A stretch of 64,000 nt of DNA from the human T2T-CHM13v2.0 reference genome, Homo sapiens. The DNA lies in NCBI RefSeq assembly GCF_009914755.1, contig NC_060930.1; one strand, written 5' to 3'. Each line of letters starts with the position of its first letter. The first letter of the stretch is position 1. The position numbers and the translations under genes were made by a program. Positions 1-12,435 of the stretch are shown here, one piece after another. The notes beneath the pieces were generated by a model that saw only the letters and a list, made by a program, of their open reading frames with translations, was not told where the DNA came from and made no database searches.

Positions 1-1760
1 CAAACTCATTTAGAGATGAACCTGATGACTTAACTCGGCCCTCTGAAACAGCTTCAGAGGATCATGAGAAACCTTACCCTCATTGTAAGAAGTTTATGAT
101 GCTCATTAAGCAATATGGAATGGATTGTAATGATTCTCGTATCCTAATGGAAGTCCAGAATGCATTTCTTTCATGTGAAAAGTCACTGGACCTTAAAAAA
201 AATTATCTGTGAACAACTTACACTAGACAATAAGAAATATGAAAACTGAGTTTAGTGTACTGAAGGAGCTATCCAAAACACAAGAAACGAAGTCACAGTT
301 CAATATCAAAAAGTAGAATGGAAACAGGAACTCTACAGTTTGCAGCTTAGAAGAAGATGAGAAGAAATGCTAATATGTTATATGAAAAAATTAGGGAAGA
401 GTTAGAAAGGAAAGTGGAGCAACATAGGAAAGAAGTTGAAGTAAAAGAACAGCTTAAACTGACTATCGGATCACTAGAAATAGAATTGAAGGCTTGAAGA
501 AATACTTTAAGAAAAAAAAAGATCTGATGCATGAAAATTGCTTGTTGAAGAGAGATATTGCCTTTATTGTGTATGTAAGTATACACAATAAAAAATAGGA
601 ACCTCGAAAGGGAAAAAGGACATTGAAATTGTTAAAGAAATGAATGATGACCTTCAAGAGACTATAAAACTGAATGGAAAAACATTAACAAAAACAGTAT
701 CCCAGTATGGTCAACAGCTTAACGACCTCAAAACTGAGAATACAATGCTCAAGTCTAAACTGGAGAAGGAAAATCAAAACAAGGAAAGACTGGAAGCTGA
801 AGTTGAGTCATTCCATGCTAGACTGGCTGCTGCTATAAGTGAGTGTGATCAAAGTGTGAAAACAAAAAGAGACCTAGAACTTGCTTTACAGAGAGCACAA
901 GACGTTTCTTTACAAGAAAGAAAATGAGTTCTGATATTTCTGAACTAAAAGATAATAATGAGTTTTTAACTGAGCAACTTTCCGAAGCTCGAATTCAATA
1001 CCCTAAAAAGTAAACTCCATGACACAAGAAATTCTCTCAGAGAAAAGGTTTTGGTTTTATAAAGTGTACAAAAGGACCTAAGCCAAGTAAATCCTTTGGA
1101 AAGTGGGACTACGTAGAGGAGAGAATATCTCAACTACAACATGAAAATCTGTTGCTTCAACAACTAGATGGTGCTCATAAGAAAGGGGATAATGAACAAA
1201 AGGTAATTAATATCCAAGGATGCTGTCTTGAGAGTGAAAAGGAAGGTCTTCTGCTAGAAGGGAAAAATAAGGAATTAATCAATGAATGCAATCATTTAAA
1301 AGACTGTTTCAGTATGAAAAAGAGAAAGCAGAAGGAGAAGTAAGTATCAAAAAAGATAAATATTTTCAAACTTCCAGAAGGAAAATTTAAAATATTTGGC
1401 TACGGCTACATGTTGAACCTAGTTGAATATAAAAATTAATAGACAAAAAATGTGTTTACCATACTGTATAATTCCATTTACATGAAACATCCGGAAAAGA
1501 CAAATGTATAGATAGAAAGCAGACTGACATTTGTGCGGGGCTGGGGTTGGAAATGGGTAGTAACTGCTAATGTGCAAGAGGGGTCTTCTTGGAGTGATAG
1601 AGACGTTCTAAAGTTGCAGTGATGGTTGCATGACTCAATAAATTTACTAAAAATCTTTGAACTGTATGTTAAAAGAGATAAATTCTGTAGTATGTAAACC
1701 TTATTTCAATAAAGCTGTTTCAATTAAAAAAACAAAAATTAAAAATAATTTAAAAAAATA
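1..1760 (+). pseudogene. ANKRD18EP: 3' part of a processed pseudogene of the ANKRD18/ANKRD20A/ANKRD26 coiled-coil family (likely ANKRD18EP), antisense within SAYSD1 intron 1
   Basis: Intronless, frameshifted coiled-coil fragments: MNDDLQETIKLNGKTLTKTVSQYGQQLNDLKTENTMLKSKLEKE..ERLEAEVESFHARLAAA (640-927), and C-terminus EKEKAEGEVSIKKDKYFQTSRRKI* with TAA at 1388-1390. AATAAA at 1708-1713 and a decayed A-tail at 1726-1759. The symbol comes from remembered locus annotation. Confidence 0.88.
1455..1722 (+). mobile_element. Old L1 (L1MB/L1ME-type) 3'-end fragment forming the retrocopy 3'UTR and polyA signal
   Basis: Typical L1M 3' motifs: atactgtataattccatttacatgaa..., gtgatggttgcatgactc..., tatttcaataaagctgtt. 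Confidence 0.7.
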
Positions 1761-3149
1761 GAATGCTAAAGAAATCTCTGACAGGCCACAGTGTGCCATC
1801 AAAATTGTCTGACATGAATTGTAAATTAGACTTTTTCTTTTCTAAACTAGAGGCAGAATCTGAAGAAAAAAAATTAAATGAGAATTTTCACACCAGAGCA
1901 AACCCAGAAATGATAAGTCAATGAAAATGAGCTTAAGGCAGAGTCCCTTATGGAAAAACAGAGCAATTAACAAGAAACTGGAGGTCCAGCATTTCCTCTC
2001 ATCCTTTTGTCTGGCAATCAGCGTTTGGGTTCTCAATAATGGAAGTTTTTCTCTGAATTCAGTTTCTCTGGGTCCACCTCAATGATCTCATTCCTTTGGA
2101 AATGAGACATACAGTCAAAAGTTCATTGCATGGGTTAGACATTGTTTTTTAACTGCAGAGAGAAAAAGAATAAGGGAAATGGTTTCTAAAATCTTAAGCA
2201 AGTGTTGTACTTAGAAAGTTCTAGTCAACAATAAAATTATCCAAAGACAATTAACACAAACTGCACACAAGGAAATGGATTGTCTGAACTCTGCTGCGCT
2301 CTTTTCACCTTTCTGCAAGTCAGCTGGAATCCTGTATATCACTGAGAATATCAAATCAAAATTGAGTAATAGGTTCAGTAATTTTTAAAAATTCCCTCAA
2401 ATCAAATGTTGTGCAATAATAGATGAACTTACAGGAAATAATTTTAAGGTGAGCAAGGTACACTTTTCTTCCAGTATATTTTCATTTTAAAAGGAATTTT
2501 TTAGTTCTTATTGCACTTATGAGGAACAAAGCACTGGGCACAAATTGTTACAAAGCACTCATCCCTTGATATGTTTTGTCTTGTATTTCCACATAGACAT
2601 TTCAACCTCACTGCAAGCCACCTTACCATTTTACTGAGTTAAAACTAAATGAAAACACAAAAGGATGCAAATTAAATTCATCTGCAAAACAAGAGATTAC
2701 CAAAACAATTAAATGTGAAAAGGTTATCATACTAAATCACTTTTTTTTGTTTGTGTCTTGAACATTCACTATGGAACTGGAATAAGCTTCTGCCACTACC
2801 GGCAGTTACAGCTACCACACTTTGGTAAATTCTGTATTCAAACGCATTTCTAAGTCACAGGCTATCTGGGCTACTAGCTGCATGTGCCCCAGGTGCGAAT
2901 CAAATGAAGTTTTAATTACTGCTACTTGTGATCGGTATCCAATTAGACCTTTTACCCTCCTCCATTAGCAGAGGGCTGTGGCTCAACTTGGTTGTGGAGA
3001 GGTTTCCCAATGCCACAGGGCGTCACGATAACTCAATTCGGAGTGAATAATTTAAGAGCAGAGGTGCTTTCTCCCAGGACCCTCGACTCTCGCTGGAATC
3101 AGGACCTGCGTGGGTCGCGGGCTGGAAAGAAAATGTCAAAACTGGTAAC

Positions 3150-3730
3150 AGTGCTGACACGTGTGGCCGGAGATGAGCGGTCCGGCCCTCGATCAGGATG
3201 GGGGGCCAGTAGCCCCGCCTCCGGCAGCTAGGGCCACACCCCCGGCAGCTAGGGCCGCGCCCTCGACTGTGGCTCCGAGGCCAGGTCCTAGGGCCGAAGT
3301 TTCCATCGTCTCACCTGAACTAGGCCGGGCTGGGCCCGGGCACTCGCGGGCCTAGGTTTCCATACCAGGAACCGCTTTAGCCAGCCTGGGGCTGCCTTTA
3401 GAGTCGCTGCTGCTTCCGCCTTCTCTCCTGGGGTTTGTGCGCCCTGACTGGCAGCAGGGGGTTGGGCCGCCAGACCCGCCCGTTTCCGCGCCGCCCGAAA
3501 CTCAGCTAACCGCTGTTCCATGGCGCGCGCCTCGCGTCCGTTGGCCGATAAGGGAGCGCGCGCCCGCAGGCCGCACAGCAGTTGCCTCCGCTCGGCCTGC
3601 GCCGGCCGCCGTGCGCCTGCGTGGCAGAAGCCCCTGCTGAGCATGCGCACTGGTGTGACCCGCGTCTCCTCCGTTTGTGAAGTCTGGCGGGTCGCGTGTA
3701 TACTCAGCCGTTCTCTCTTCACAGGCACGT
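3150..3730. promoter_or_regulatory. CpG-island promoter of SAYSD1 with NRF1-like sites
   Basis: High GC and CpG density. NRF1-like GTGCGCCTGCGT (3611-3622) and GAGCATGCGCAC (3639-3650). No TATA box. Confidence 0.85.
3315..3521 (-). CDS. SAYSD1: SAYSD1 (SAYSvFN domain-containing 1) coding exon 1, 69 codons
   Basis: Translates MEQRLAEFRAARKRAGLAAQPPAASQGAQTPGEKAEAAATLKAAPGWLKRFLVWKPRPASARAQPGLVQ, the N-terminus of SAYSD1. Strong Kozak gcgcgccATGG at 3521. Phase-0 donor CAG|GTGAGA at 3315/3314. Exon 2 lies left of the window. Confidence 0.95.
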
Positions 3731-4862
3731 GGACACAGTGTCACCTCCTCAAGCCAAGTCTAAAGCACAGGGCTGCCCCATTGCCCTCTCCCAAAGGCCG
3801 CTCTGCCTTGCTGCATCTCACTTAAGGGCTCGAGGCCCCACTGATCCAGCGTCCTGTATTCGGGATCTCTGTTGCTGGGCCCCAATGAACAGCGCCACAG
3901 TGAGAAGATGGTTCCAGGGGTTAGGAGAGGCCCGTGATCTCTACGACATTCCAGCGTCAGAGGAATAACAGGCTACATCTTACCCTTTTTCTCTTATCAA
4001 GGAAAGGGTATGCCAATCTTAGTACCTGGAGGGTGACTTTCTCACTGCTCACAAAGCAGGCTGTGCAGCTCCATCATTGGTCTTGCCACGTTGGGAAATT
4101 ATCTCGTTTTGTGTCTAGATACGTCAGAACCTTAAAAAAACCAACAACAAAAACTTTTATTGGGGTGCAACATAAAATACACATCTTAAGAATATGACTC
4201 AGTAGATTTGCTCTTATGTATGCACCTGTGTAACTACCACCCAGATGGAGAGAAAGAACATTTCTGTACTCTGGGAGTTTCCTTGTGCCCTCTCCCAATC
4301 AGTACCCTCCCAAAAGGACACAGTTCAGGTTAGGGGCTGTTTTATACGTTCTTAAAGCTGTAAGCATCTAGCTAAGTGTCACTTACATAATTAAGACTCA
4401 AATATTTGTTGGATCTGGCTGAGGGTGACTCGAGAAATTAGACAAATTAGAACAGAGTCATCCATTCATTTAACAGACGTTTACCTAGGGCCTGCTCTGT
4501 CTAAAGTCACAGGCACTGGGGATGCTGGGATGAAAGGAAAAAACAAACAAAAACCTGTTTTCTTAGAGCTTACACTCCAAATGGAAATACAGACAATAAA
4601 CAAATGTGTATCTACATATTTCATGTCATATCAGGTACTGATAAGTGCTGTGAAGAAAAGTGAAGCAAAGTAGGCAATGGTGGAGGTATTAGAGAAGACC
4701 TCCCTGAAGGTTTGTCATTTGGGCATAGACTTAAATGAGTGAGGTATGTAGATATCTGAACAGGAGTGTTTCAGTCAGAGGAACAAGTGCAAAGGTCCCG
4801 AGGCCTCAAATAGCACGCTTGACTTGTTCACAGAACATCAGGGAGGCTGTTATGACTGGATT

Positions 4863-4950
4863 GGAAGGAGGGAGAGGGAGGCAGGGAGGGAGGGAGGGAA
4901 GGAGGGAAGGAGGGAGAGAGGGGGAGAGAGGGAGGGAGGGAGGGAGGAAA
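4863..4950 (+). repeat. (GGGA/GGAA)n polypurine tract
   Basis: Read directly. Confidence 0.9.
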
Positions 4951-5309
4951 GAGTGACAGAAAATAAAGATGCCAGGGGCAAGATCGTGCATGTAAGGCCC
5001 TGTAGGCCATGGTGAAGACTAAGTGTGGTGGGAAGCAGTTAGTGGATTTTGAGCAGGAGATGATATGATATGACATATTTTTAAAGGATTACACTGGCTG
5101 ATGGAGGTGGGACCCTGGAAGATTGCAAGAATAGAAGAAGGGAAACTAGTTAGGAATAAATATGGTAGAATGAGAAACTGTAGTAGTTTGAGCTAGAGTG
5201 GTAGTGATGGAGGTCACGAGAATTGGTCAGATTCTGAATGTATTTTGAAGACCTGAGCCAACATGGTGTGAGACGGATTGGATGTGGAATGTGAGGAAAA
5301 AAGGTATCA

Positions 5310-5726
<417 letters not shown>

Positions 5727-6741
5727 TCATCAGCATGTGTATATTTAAAGCTGTAAGACTAGATAAGATCAAACAGTGAGTGTGGATAAGAAGAGATTTG
5801 AGGGCTGAGCCCTGAGTGGATTAGAGATGGTTTGTAAGAGAAAAGAATGGGATTATTACACCACAATGTCCTCTCTTTGAGAAACCACAAGAGGAAATTT
5901 CTTGCCCATTTTGGTGTCAGGAGTATGTCTGCTTCTCTTGAGAGATGGGATTCTTTAACCGATTTTGTCTCCCACTTGATAATGACTCTAAGACCTTAGG
6001 CCCGCATCTTGCAGGTGTATAGAATTAAGGCATACAATTTGTGGGCGGTTGCAGTCAGGGTCCCTGACAGGAAACGTGGCACCTTCCAAAGGGTGAAGTA
6101 AGAAGGGCTTAGTGAAGGAGTAAGTTACAAAGGTGTGGCAGGATGAAGGAAGCCAGCAAGGGATGGTTCACAGGAAGTGCTACCTGTCTCTAGGCCCAAA
6201 GCATCAGGAGGACAGAGCAGTTATCAGAACCCAGTGAGCCCTGTAGCTATAGGAGAAGCAAGGAGACACAGGAGCCCTTCAGGGAGCATAGAACAGGTAG
6301 AGAAGGGTGGAAAGAGGATCAGAAGAGGCAAACAGAACATCCAGGCCAGAGCTAACGTGGTTCCTGCTCTGTCTTGCTTTGGAAACCTTATTTTCTTTTT
6401 GCTTTGTTTTATTTATTATGAATTTACTTTTACTTGGTGCTTTGTAAGCCTCTTTAAATCCTTTTTGGAAGAGGTTAAAAGAATAGAAAAAAGAAAAGAT
6501 GAAAGAGACCATCATGAAGAACAACTCCTGCCAAGCCAACTTTATTTCCTCTTTGGACGGGATTATGAGACTAGTAAATAAGAAGGGTCCCCAAAATGTG
6601 CTTAATGTGTGAATTTCATTAATTTTTATTATGAAATATTTTGTAAATGCCACATTTTACATATATATAATGTATATGCCATATACATAACATATATAAT
6701 GTGTATGTGTCATACATATAAGTTATAAATAAAATACCCAC

Positions 6742-7432
6742 ATGATATGGTTTGGATCTGTGTCCCTGCCCAAATTTCATGTCAAATTGTAATCCCCAGT
6801 GTGGAGGTGCGGCCTGGTGAGATTGGATCATGAGTTTTTTTCTAATGGTTTAGCACCATCCTCCTAGTGCTGTCTTGTGATAGAGTTCTCACTAGATCTG
6901 GTTGTGTAAAAGTGTGTGGCATGGCTGGGTGCAGTGTCTCACGCCTGTAATCCCAGCACTTTGGGAGGCCAAGGCAGGTGGATCACTTGAGACAAGGGGT
7001 TTGAGACCAGCCTGGCCAACATGGTGAAACCTTGTCTCTACTAAAAACATAAAAATTAGCTGGGCATGGTGGCACATGCCTGTAATCCTAGCTACTCGGG
7101 AGACTGAGGCATGAGAATTGGGTGAACCCAGGAGGTGGAGGTTGCCGTGAGGTGAGATCGTGCCACTACACTCCAGCCCGGGCAACAGAGCGAGACCCTG
7201 TCTTGGAAAAAAAAAAAATTGTGGCACTTTCCTGCCCCTTCTCTCTTCCTCCTGCTCCAGCCATGTAAGACCTGCATGCTTTCCCTTCACCTTCTGCCAT
7301 GATTATAAGTTTCCTGAGGCCTCCCCAGCTATGCTTCCTATATAGCCTGCAGAACTGTGAACCAATTAAACCTCTTTATAAATTACCCAGTCTCAGGTGT
7401 TTCTTCATAGCAATGCAAGAATGCACTAATAC
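6742..7432 (-). mobile_element. MaLR (MST-type) solo LTR
   Basis: tgatatggtttggatctgtgtccc ... gaactgtgaaccaattaaacctct ... actaataca, with an Alu inside. Confidence 0.8.
6923..7218 (+). mobile_element. AluS inside the MST LTR
   Basis: Full Alu dimer with A-tail. Confidence 0.92.
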
Positions 7433-7469
7433 AGGCCTTGTTATAGAATTGAGTCATTGGCCCGATTCT

Positions 7470-7870
7470 ATATTCCTATCTGTATCCACGCCGTAAAAGG
7501 CAGAGTAGACTTCCCCATTCCTTGACTGTAAACTCAGCCATGCAGATTGCTTTGGCCAAATGGGATGATGGCAGAAACTACGTGAGCAGGAACTTGAAGT
7601 GTGTTTGTCCTGTTAAATAAATTCTCTTAATATTCCACATTTCCATGAGATGAACTTGCAACAGCTAGCCAGCTAATCCAAGAATAATGAAAGACATCTA
7701 GGTTGTGGTCACCTGGCTGACCCAGAGACTTGCAGTTTAAAGCTGAGCTGCCCAACTGAGCACAGCCTCAAATAGCTAACCCCCAGCTTACCCTAAAATG
7801 TATGAAAACAAATGCTTATTTTACATAACTGAAATTTTGCAGTTGCATGTTACACAGCAAATGCTAACCA
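7470..7870 (+). mobile_element. MLT1-type MaLR LTR
   Basis: gattgctttggccaaatggg..., ends gttacacagcaaatgctaaccaataca. Confidence 0.6.
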
Positions 7871-8722
7871 ATACATACATACCCAATACCCAAGAAGAAC
7901 ATTTTAAGTTCCCTGTGTCCCTGTATGCTCATTCTTGATTCCCCACTCCTTTAATCTATTAGTGTGGTGGGGTATAGTAATCGATTTTCTGTTGTTAAAT
8001 CATCCTCCATTCATGGAATAAATAAAACTCAAATCACTTTATAAAACATAAAACTCAAAGCTAAATTCAGTTTGAGAATTTTCTAGAAATTTTACATCTT
8101 TTGTTCATTAGTGAGATTTTCCTATAATTTTCTTTTCATGTGCTGTCCTCAATTTTAGATAGATTTTGCTAGCCTTATGAAATAAGCTGAAGTGTGCCTC
8201 CATCTTCCACACCCCCCACCCAAATTTTCTAGAACAGTTTGAACAAAATAGGAATTAACTGTTTCTTTAATATTTTGGTCGGACTTAGTAGTAAAACCAT
8301 CTGGACCTGGTGTTTCCTTGTATCAGGTAAATAAATGTAATCTACAATTAACTGGATTCATAGCTGGTAAATTCACCCTTACCCAAAAAGGGTCAAGAAA
8401 TGGATCAACATTGCTCTGTCCTGTTTGATATTTTTAGGAGTGTCTTGGGTGAAAATATGAGAGAGAATTTATCGTTTATTCAGGTGACAAAAATTTGGTA
8501 GAGAAGATCTGCAGTTATGCCTTTAGGGTAAAAAATAAACCAAAATGAATTTGATTCAATTTATTACGATTAAAGCATTGTGGGGATGCTCAGAGGGAAC
8601 TGTGCTTCCTTCTAGATTTGCATTTATGTTTTTATATTATTGTTTTTGTTTCTTAATCATTGGCTTGGGAGCAATTTGTTTCAATAGGACTTGGAGCCTT
8701 TCCCTGACCACAGACTGGGTAG

Positions 8723-9087
<365 letters not shown>

Positions 9088-9231
9088 AAGGATGTATTCT
9101 TGATACCCCCATGTATTCATGCTCTCTTTGGTCCTATCCTTGCAGGTACCACATACCAAGTTCTGAGCACTATGCTTTATATGACAAACCATATAAAGCA
9201 GAGGGGGGTAGCCTGGATAATGATGTGTCTA

Positions 9232-9447
9232 GAGCAGGATTTCTCAGCCTTGGCACTTTTGATGTTTTGGGCCAGAAAATCGTTGTGGGGGTTGTCCTGT
9301 GTCTCGTAGGATTCTTAGCAGCATCCTGGCCACCACCCACTAGTTGCCGGTAGCTTCTCCCTTAGATGTAACAACCAAAAATGTCTCTAGATAATGCCAA
9401 ATGCCTCCTAAGAGGCAAGTTTGCCCCTGGTTGAGAACCACTGGTCT
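9232..9447 (+). mobile_element. MER20 (hAT) DNA transposon
   Basis: ttctcagccttggcact...caaccaaaaatgtctctaga...ggttgagaaccactg. Confidence 0.75.
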
Positions 9448-9564
9448 AAAGACCACATTGTAGTAAGAATGGTAAAGGCAGTGAGTGATTTGGGCCAGAG
9501 AGGGAGATTCACGGTGAAAACATACCAGTTTGTTTTAGAAACTCTGTTAGAAGTGCTGTTGTGG

Positions 9565-11333
9565 CCCTCTGGGCGACTATCTTCCAGTCTTCCAACAGGC
9601 TAGACAGGAAATTCGCCAGGCTGCTAATCTTCTCTTGCCTACTCCAGATTCCCAGCCATATGAAGACACCCTAGCTGGACGATCAGTTCTTGTTAAGAAT
9701 CTGACCCCTCAAACTCTACAACCTCGATGGACCAGACCCTCCTTAGTCATCCATAGTACCCCAATTGCAGTCTGCCTGCAGGACCCTCCCCATTGGGTTC
9801 ACTGTTCCAGAATAAAACTGTGTCCATTGGACAGCCAACCTGATTTCTCCTCTTCCTCCTGGAAGTCACAGGTACTCTCCCCTACTTCCCTTAAACTCAC
9901 TCGAATTTCTGAAGAACGTAATAACCCTCATGAGCCTAATACATCCCTTCATTCTATTAAGTCTATTCATCCTTACCCTCCTTTTTGCAACAGGGCTTTA
10001 CGCAGTCACCCCCACTACTTGGACTGCGCCCCAAAAACTTGTCATCCCTACTATCTTCTGTCTAGTCATACTCCTATTCACCATTCTCAACTGCTTATAA
10101 ATGCCCTGCTCTTGTTTACACTGCCAGTTTACACTGTTTCTCCAAGCCATCACAGCTGATATCTCCTGGTGCTATCCCCAAACTGCCACTCTTAACTCCC
10201 TCTTAGAGTGGATAGATGATCTTTGCTGGCAGGGCACCCTCCAATACTTTCACCCTGATAAAGTCCTATTCCTTAGTTTTATACTCTTATTCTCGTTCCC
10301 ATTCTTATGCTACCCTCTACCTCTCCCCAGCTATCTCCACCATACTATCAATCTCAGTCACTCTTTCCTAGCCGTTTCTAGTCCTTTTTTAACAAACAAT
10401 TGCTGGCTTTGCATTTCTCTTTCCTCCAGGATCGCCAAGGCCTCGACTTACTCACTGCTAAAAAAGGAGACTCTGTATATTTTTAAATGAAGAGTGTTGT
10501 TTTTACCTAAATCAATCTGGCCTGGTATATGACAACATAAAAAACTCAAGGATAGAGCCCAAAAACTAGCCAACCAAGCAAATAATTATGCTGAACCCCC
10601 TTGGGCACTCTCTAATTGGATGTCCTGGGTCCTCCCAATTCTTAGTCCTTTAATACCTGTTTTTCTCCTTCTCTTATTCGGACCTTGTGTCTTCCGCTTA
10701 GTTTCTCAATTCATACAAAACCGCATACAGGCCATCACCAATAATTCTATATAACAAATGCTCCTTCTAACAACCCCACAATATCACCCCTTACCCCAAA
10801 ATCTTGCTTCAGTTTAATCTCTCCCACTCTAGGTTCCCATGCCGCCCCTAATCCCGCTTGAAGCAGCCCTGAGAAACATCGCCCATTATCCCCCCAAAAT
10901 TTTCGCCACCTCAACACTTCACCACCATTTTGTTTTGTTTTTCTTATTAATGTAAGAAGACAGGAATGTCAGGCCTCTGAGCCCAAACTAAGCCATCATA
11001 TCCCCTATGACCTGCACGTATACATCCAGATGGCCCGAAGCAACTGAAGATCCACAAAAGAAGTGAAAATAGACTTAACTGATAACATTCCACCATTGTG
11101 ATTTGTTCCTGCCCCACCCTGATAGACATATTCTCCCCCGCCCTTAAGGTACTTTGTAATATTCTCCCCTCCCCTCCCCTCACTCTTAAGAAGGTACTTT
11201 GTACACCTATCCCAAACCTGCAAGAACTAAATGATAATCCCACCACCCTTTGCTGACTCCTTTTTCGGACTCAGCCCGCCTGCATCCAGGTGAAATAAAC
11301 AGCCTTGTTGCGCACGCACACACACATACACAA
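9565..11333 (+). mobile_element. 5'-truncated HERV-H processed copy (integrase end, env remnant, PPT, U3-R only) with L1-type TSD
   Basis: HERV-H int C-terminus (LAGRSVLVKNLTPQTLQPRW). env TM remnant. PPT aagaagacaggaa. LTR starts tgtcaggcctctgagccc at 10967. AATAAA at 11294-11299, no U5. TSD aagtgctgttgtgg at 9551-9564 and 11334-11347. Confidence 0.9.
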
Positions 11334-11742
11334 AAGTGCTGTTGTGGTGAAGGAGAATCATTCTGTGGGACTCCAAGGGGTAGAACTTAGTTGGAAATTA
11401 CAAGATGACAACTGTGGAATCTTAAAAAAAAAAAAAAATTGGCATCTCAGTTATTTCAGCAATAGAATGTGCTGCCTTGCAGAGGCAATAAGTTCCCTGA
11501 CACTAGCAGTATTCAAGCAGGGACTGACTGTCTACTTGTCAGGGTACTGTAGAGGGAAATTGGAGAGCTTCATATTTCAATCCAAGTAGACTAAACTAGG
11601 AGGAAAGAATGGAAGACTTTGGGGCATTTGAGTCTAGAAGTCTTAGTTGTAGCTATGATGAGTAGCATAAGGTACCGGTATGGCTACCCATATCCCCTTA
11701 ATCTCACTGTTGCTGTACATGATGATGGCTTTTTTCCCCCAC

Positions 11743-12042
11743 TTTTTTTTTTCTTTTTAGGGACAGGGTCTTGCTCTGTTGCCCAGACCAGAGTGCCCTG
11801 GCGATTATAATTCACTGCAGTCTTGAACTCCTGGGCTCAAGCAATCCTCTGTCTGAACCTCTCAAGTAGCTGGGACTACAGGTGTGCATCACCATGCCTG
11901 GCTATTTTTTTTTTTTCTTGTAGAGACTAGTTTTTGCTATGTTGTCCGGGCTGGTCTGGAACTGTTAGCCTCAAGCTATCTTCCCACCTTGGCTCCCAGA
12001 GTGCTGGGATTACAGCCACTATGTAAGCCATTGCACCCAGCC
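11743..12042 (-). mobile_element. AluJ
   Basis: Diverged antisense Alu. Confidence 0.88.
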
Positions 12043-12059
12043 CTGATGGCTTCTACAAG

Positions 12060-12435
12060 CACCTGGGGGCTTTCTCTGGCTGCAGGAGTGTGTTCAACTA
12101 GTACATGAGGCAAATTAGTAGTGGTGGGAGACTATTCCTCTCCAACCCTGAAAAAGTCTTCAACCAATTTTAGATGGGAGTTGGTGGATAAATACCCTAG
12201 CTCCCTCACTCCTTATGGGGGATGATTCTGATGTGTGTTCCCCAGAGTCTCCCAAGAGTCTTCGGTAGGAATGAGCCTCAGTTGCCCACAGCTCATTAAC
12301 ACACCCTATATCACCTTTCTTCCCTTTCCTGTCTCACTTCCCTGCTGCCCTATCAGTGCTCCCTAGAATCACTTTCCCAGTAAACTTCTTACATTTGAAT
12401 CTTTAGCTCAGGATTTTCTACCAAGAGAATCTAAG
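12060..12435 (+). mobile_element. Old ERVL/MaLR-type LTR
   Basis: ggataaataccctagctccctc...tcactttcccagtaaacttctt..gaatc pattern. Confidence 0.5.

Noticed and set aside
3221-3256. Duplicated ccggcagctagggcc in SAYSD1 intron 1
   Set aside because: A two-copy GC-rich slippage repeat with no evidence of function.
6375-8450. Further possible minus-strand exons (about 6377-6450 and 8383-8445) as a cytoplasmic tail of the dead gene
   Set aside because: Only one convincing splice site each and no motif; too weak to include.
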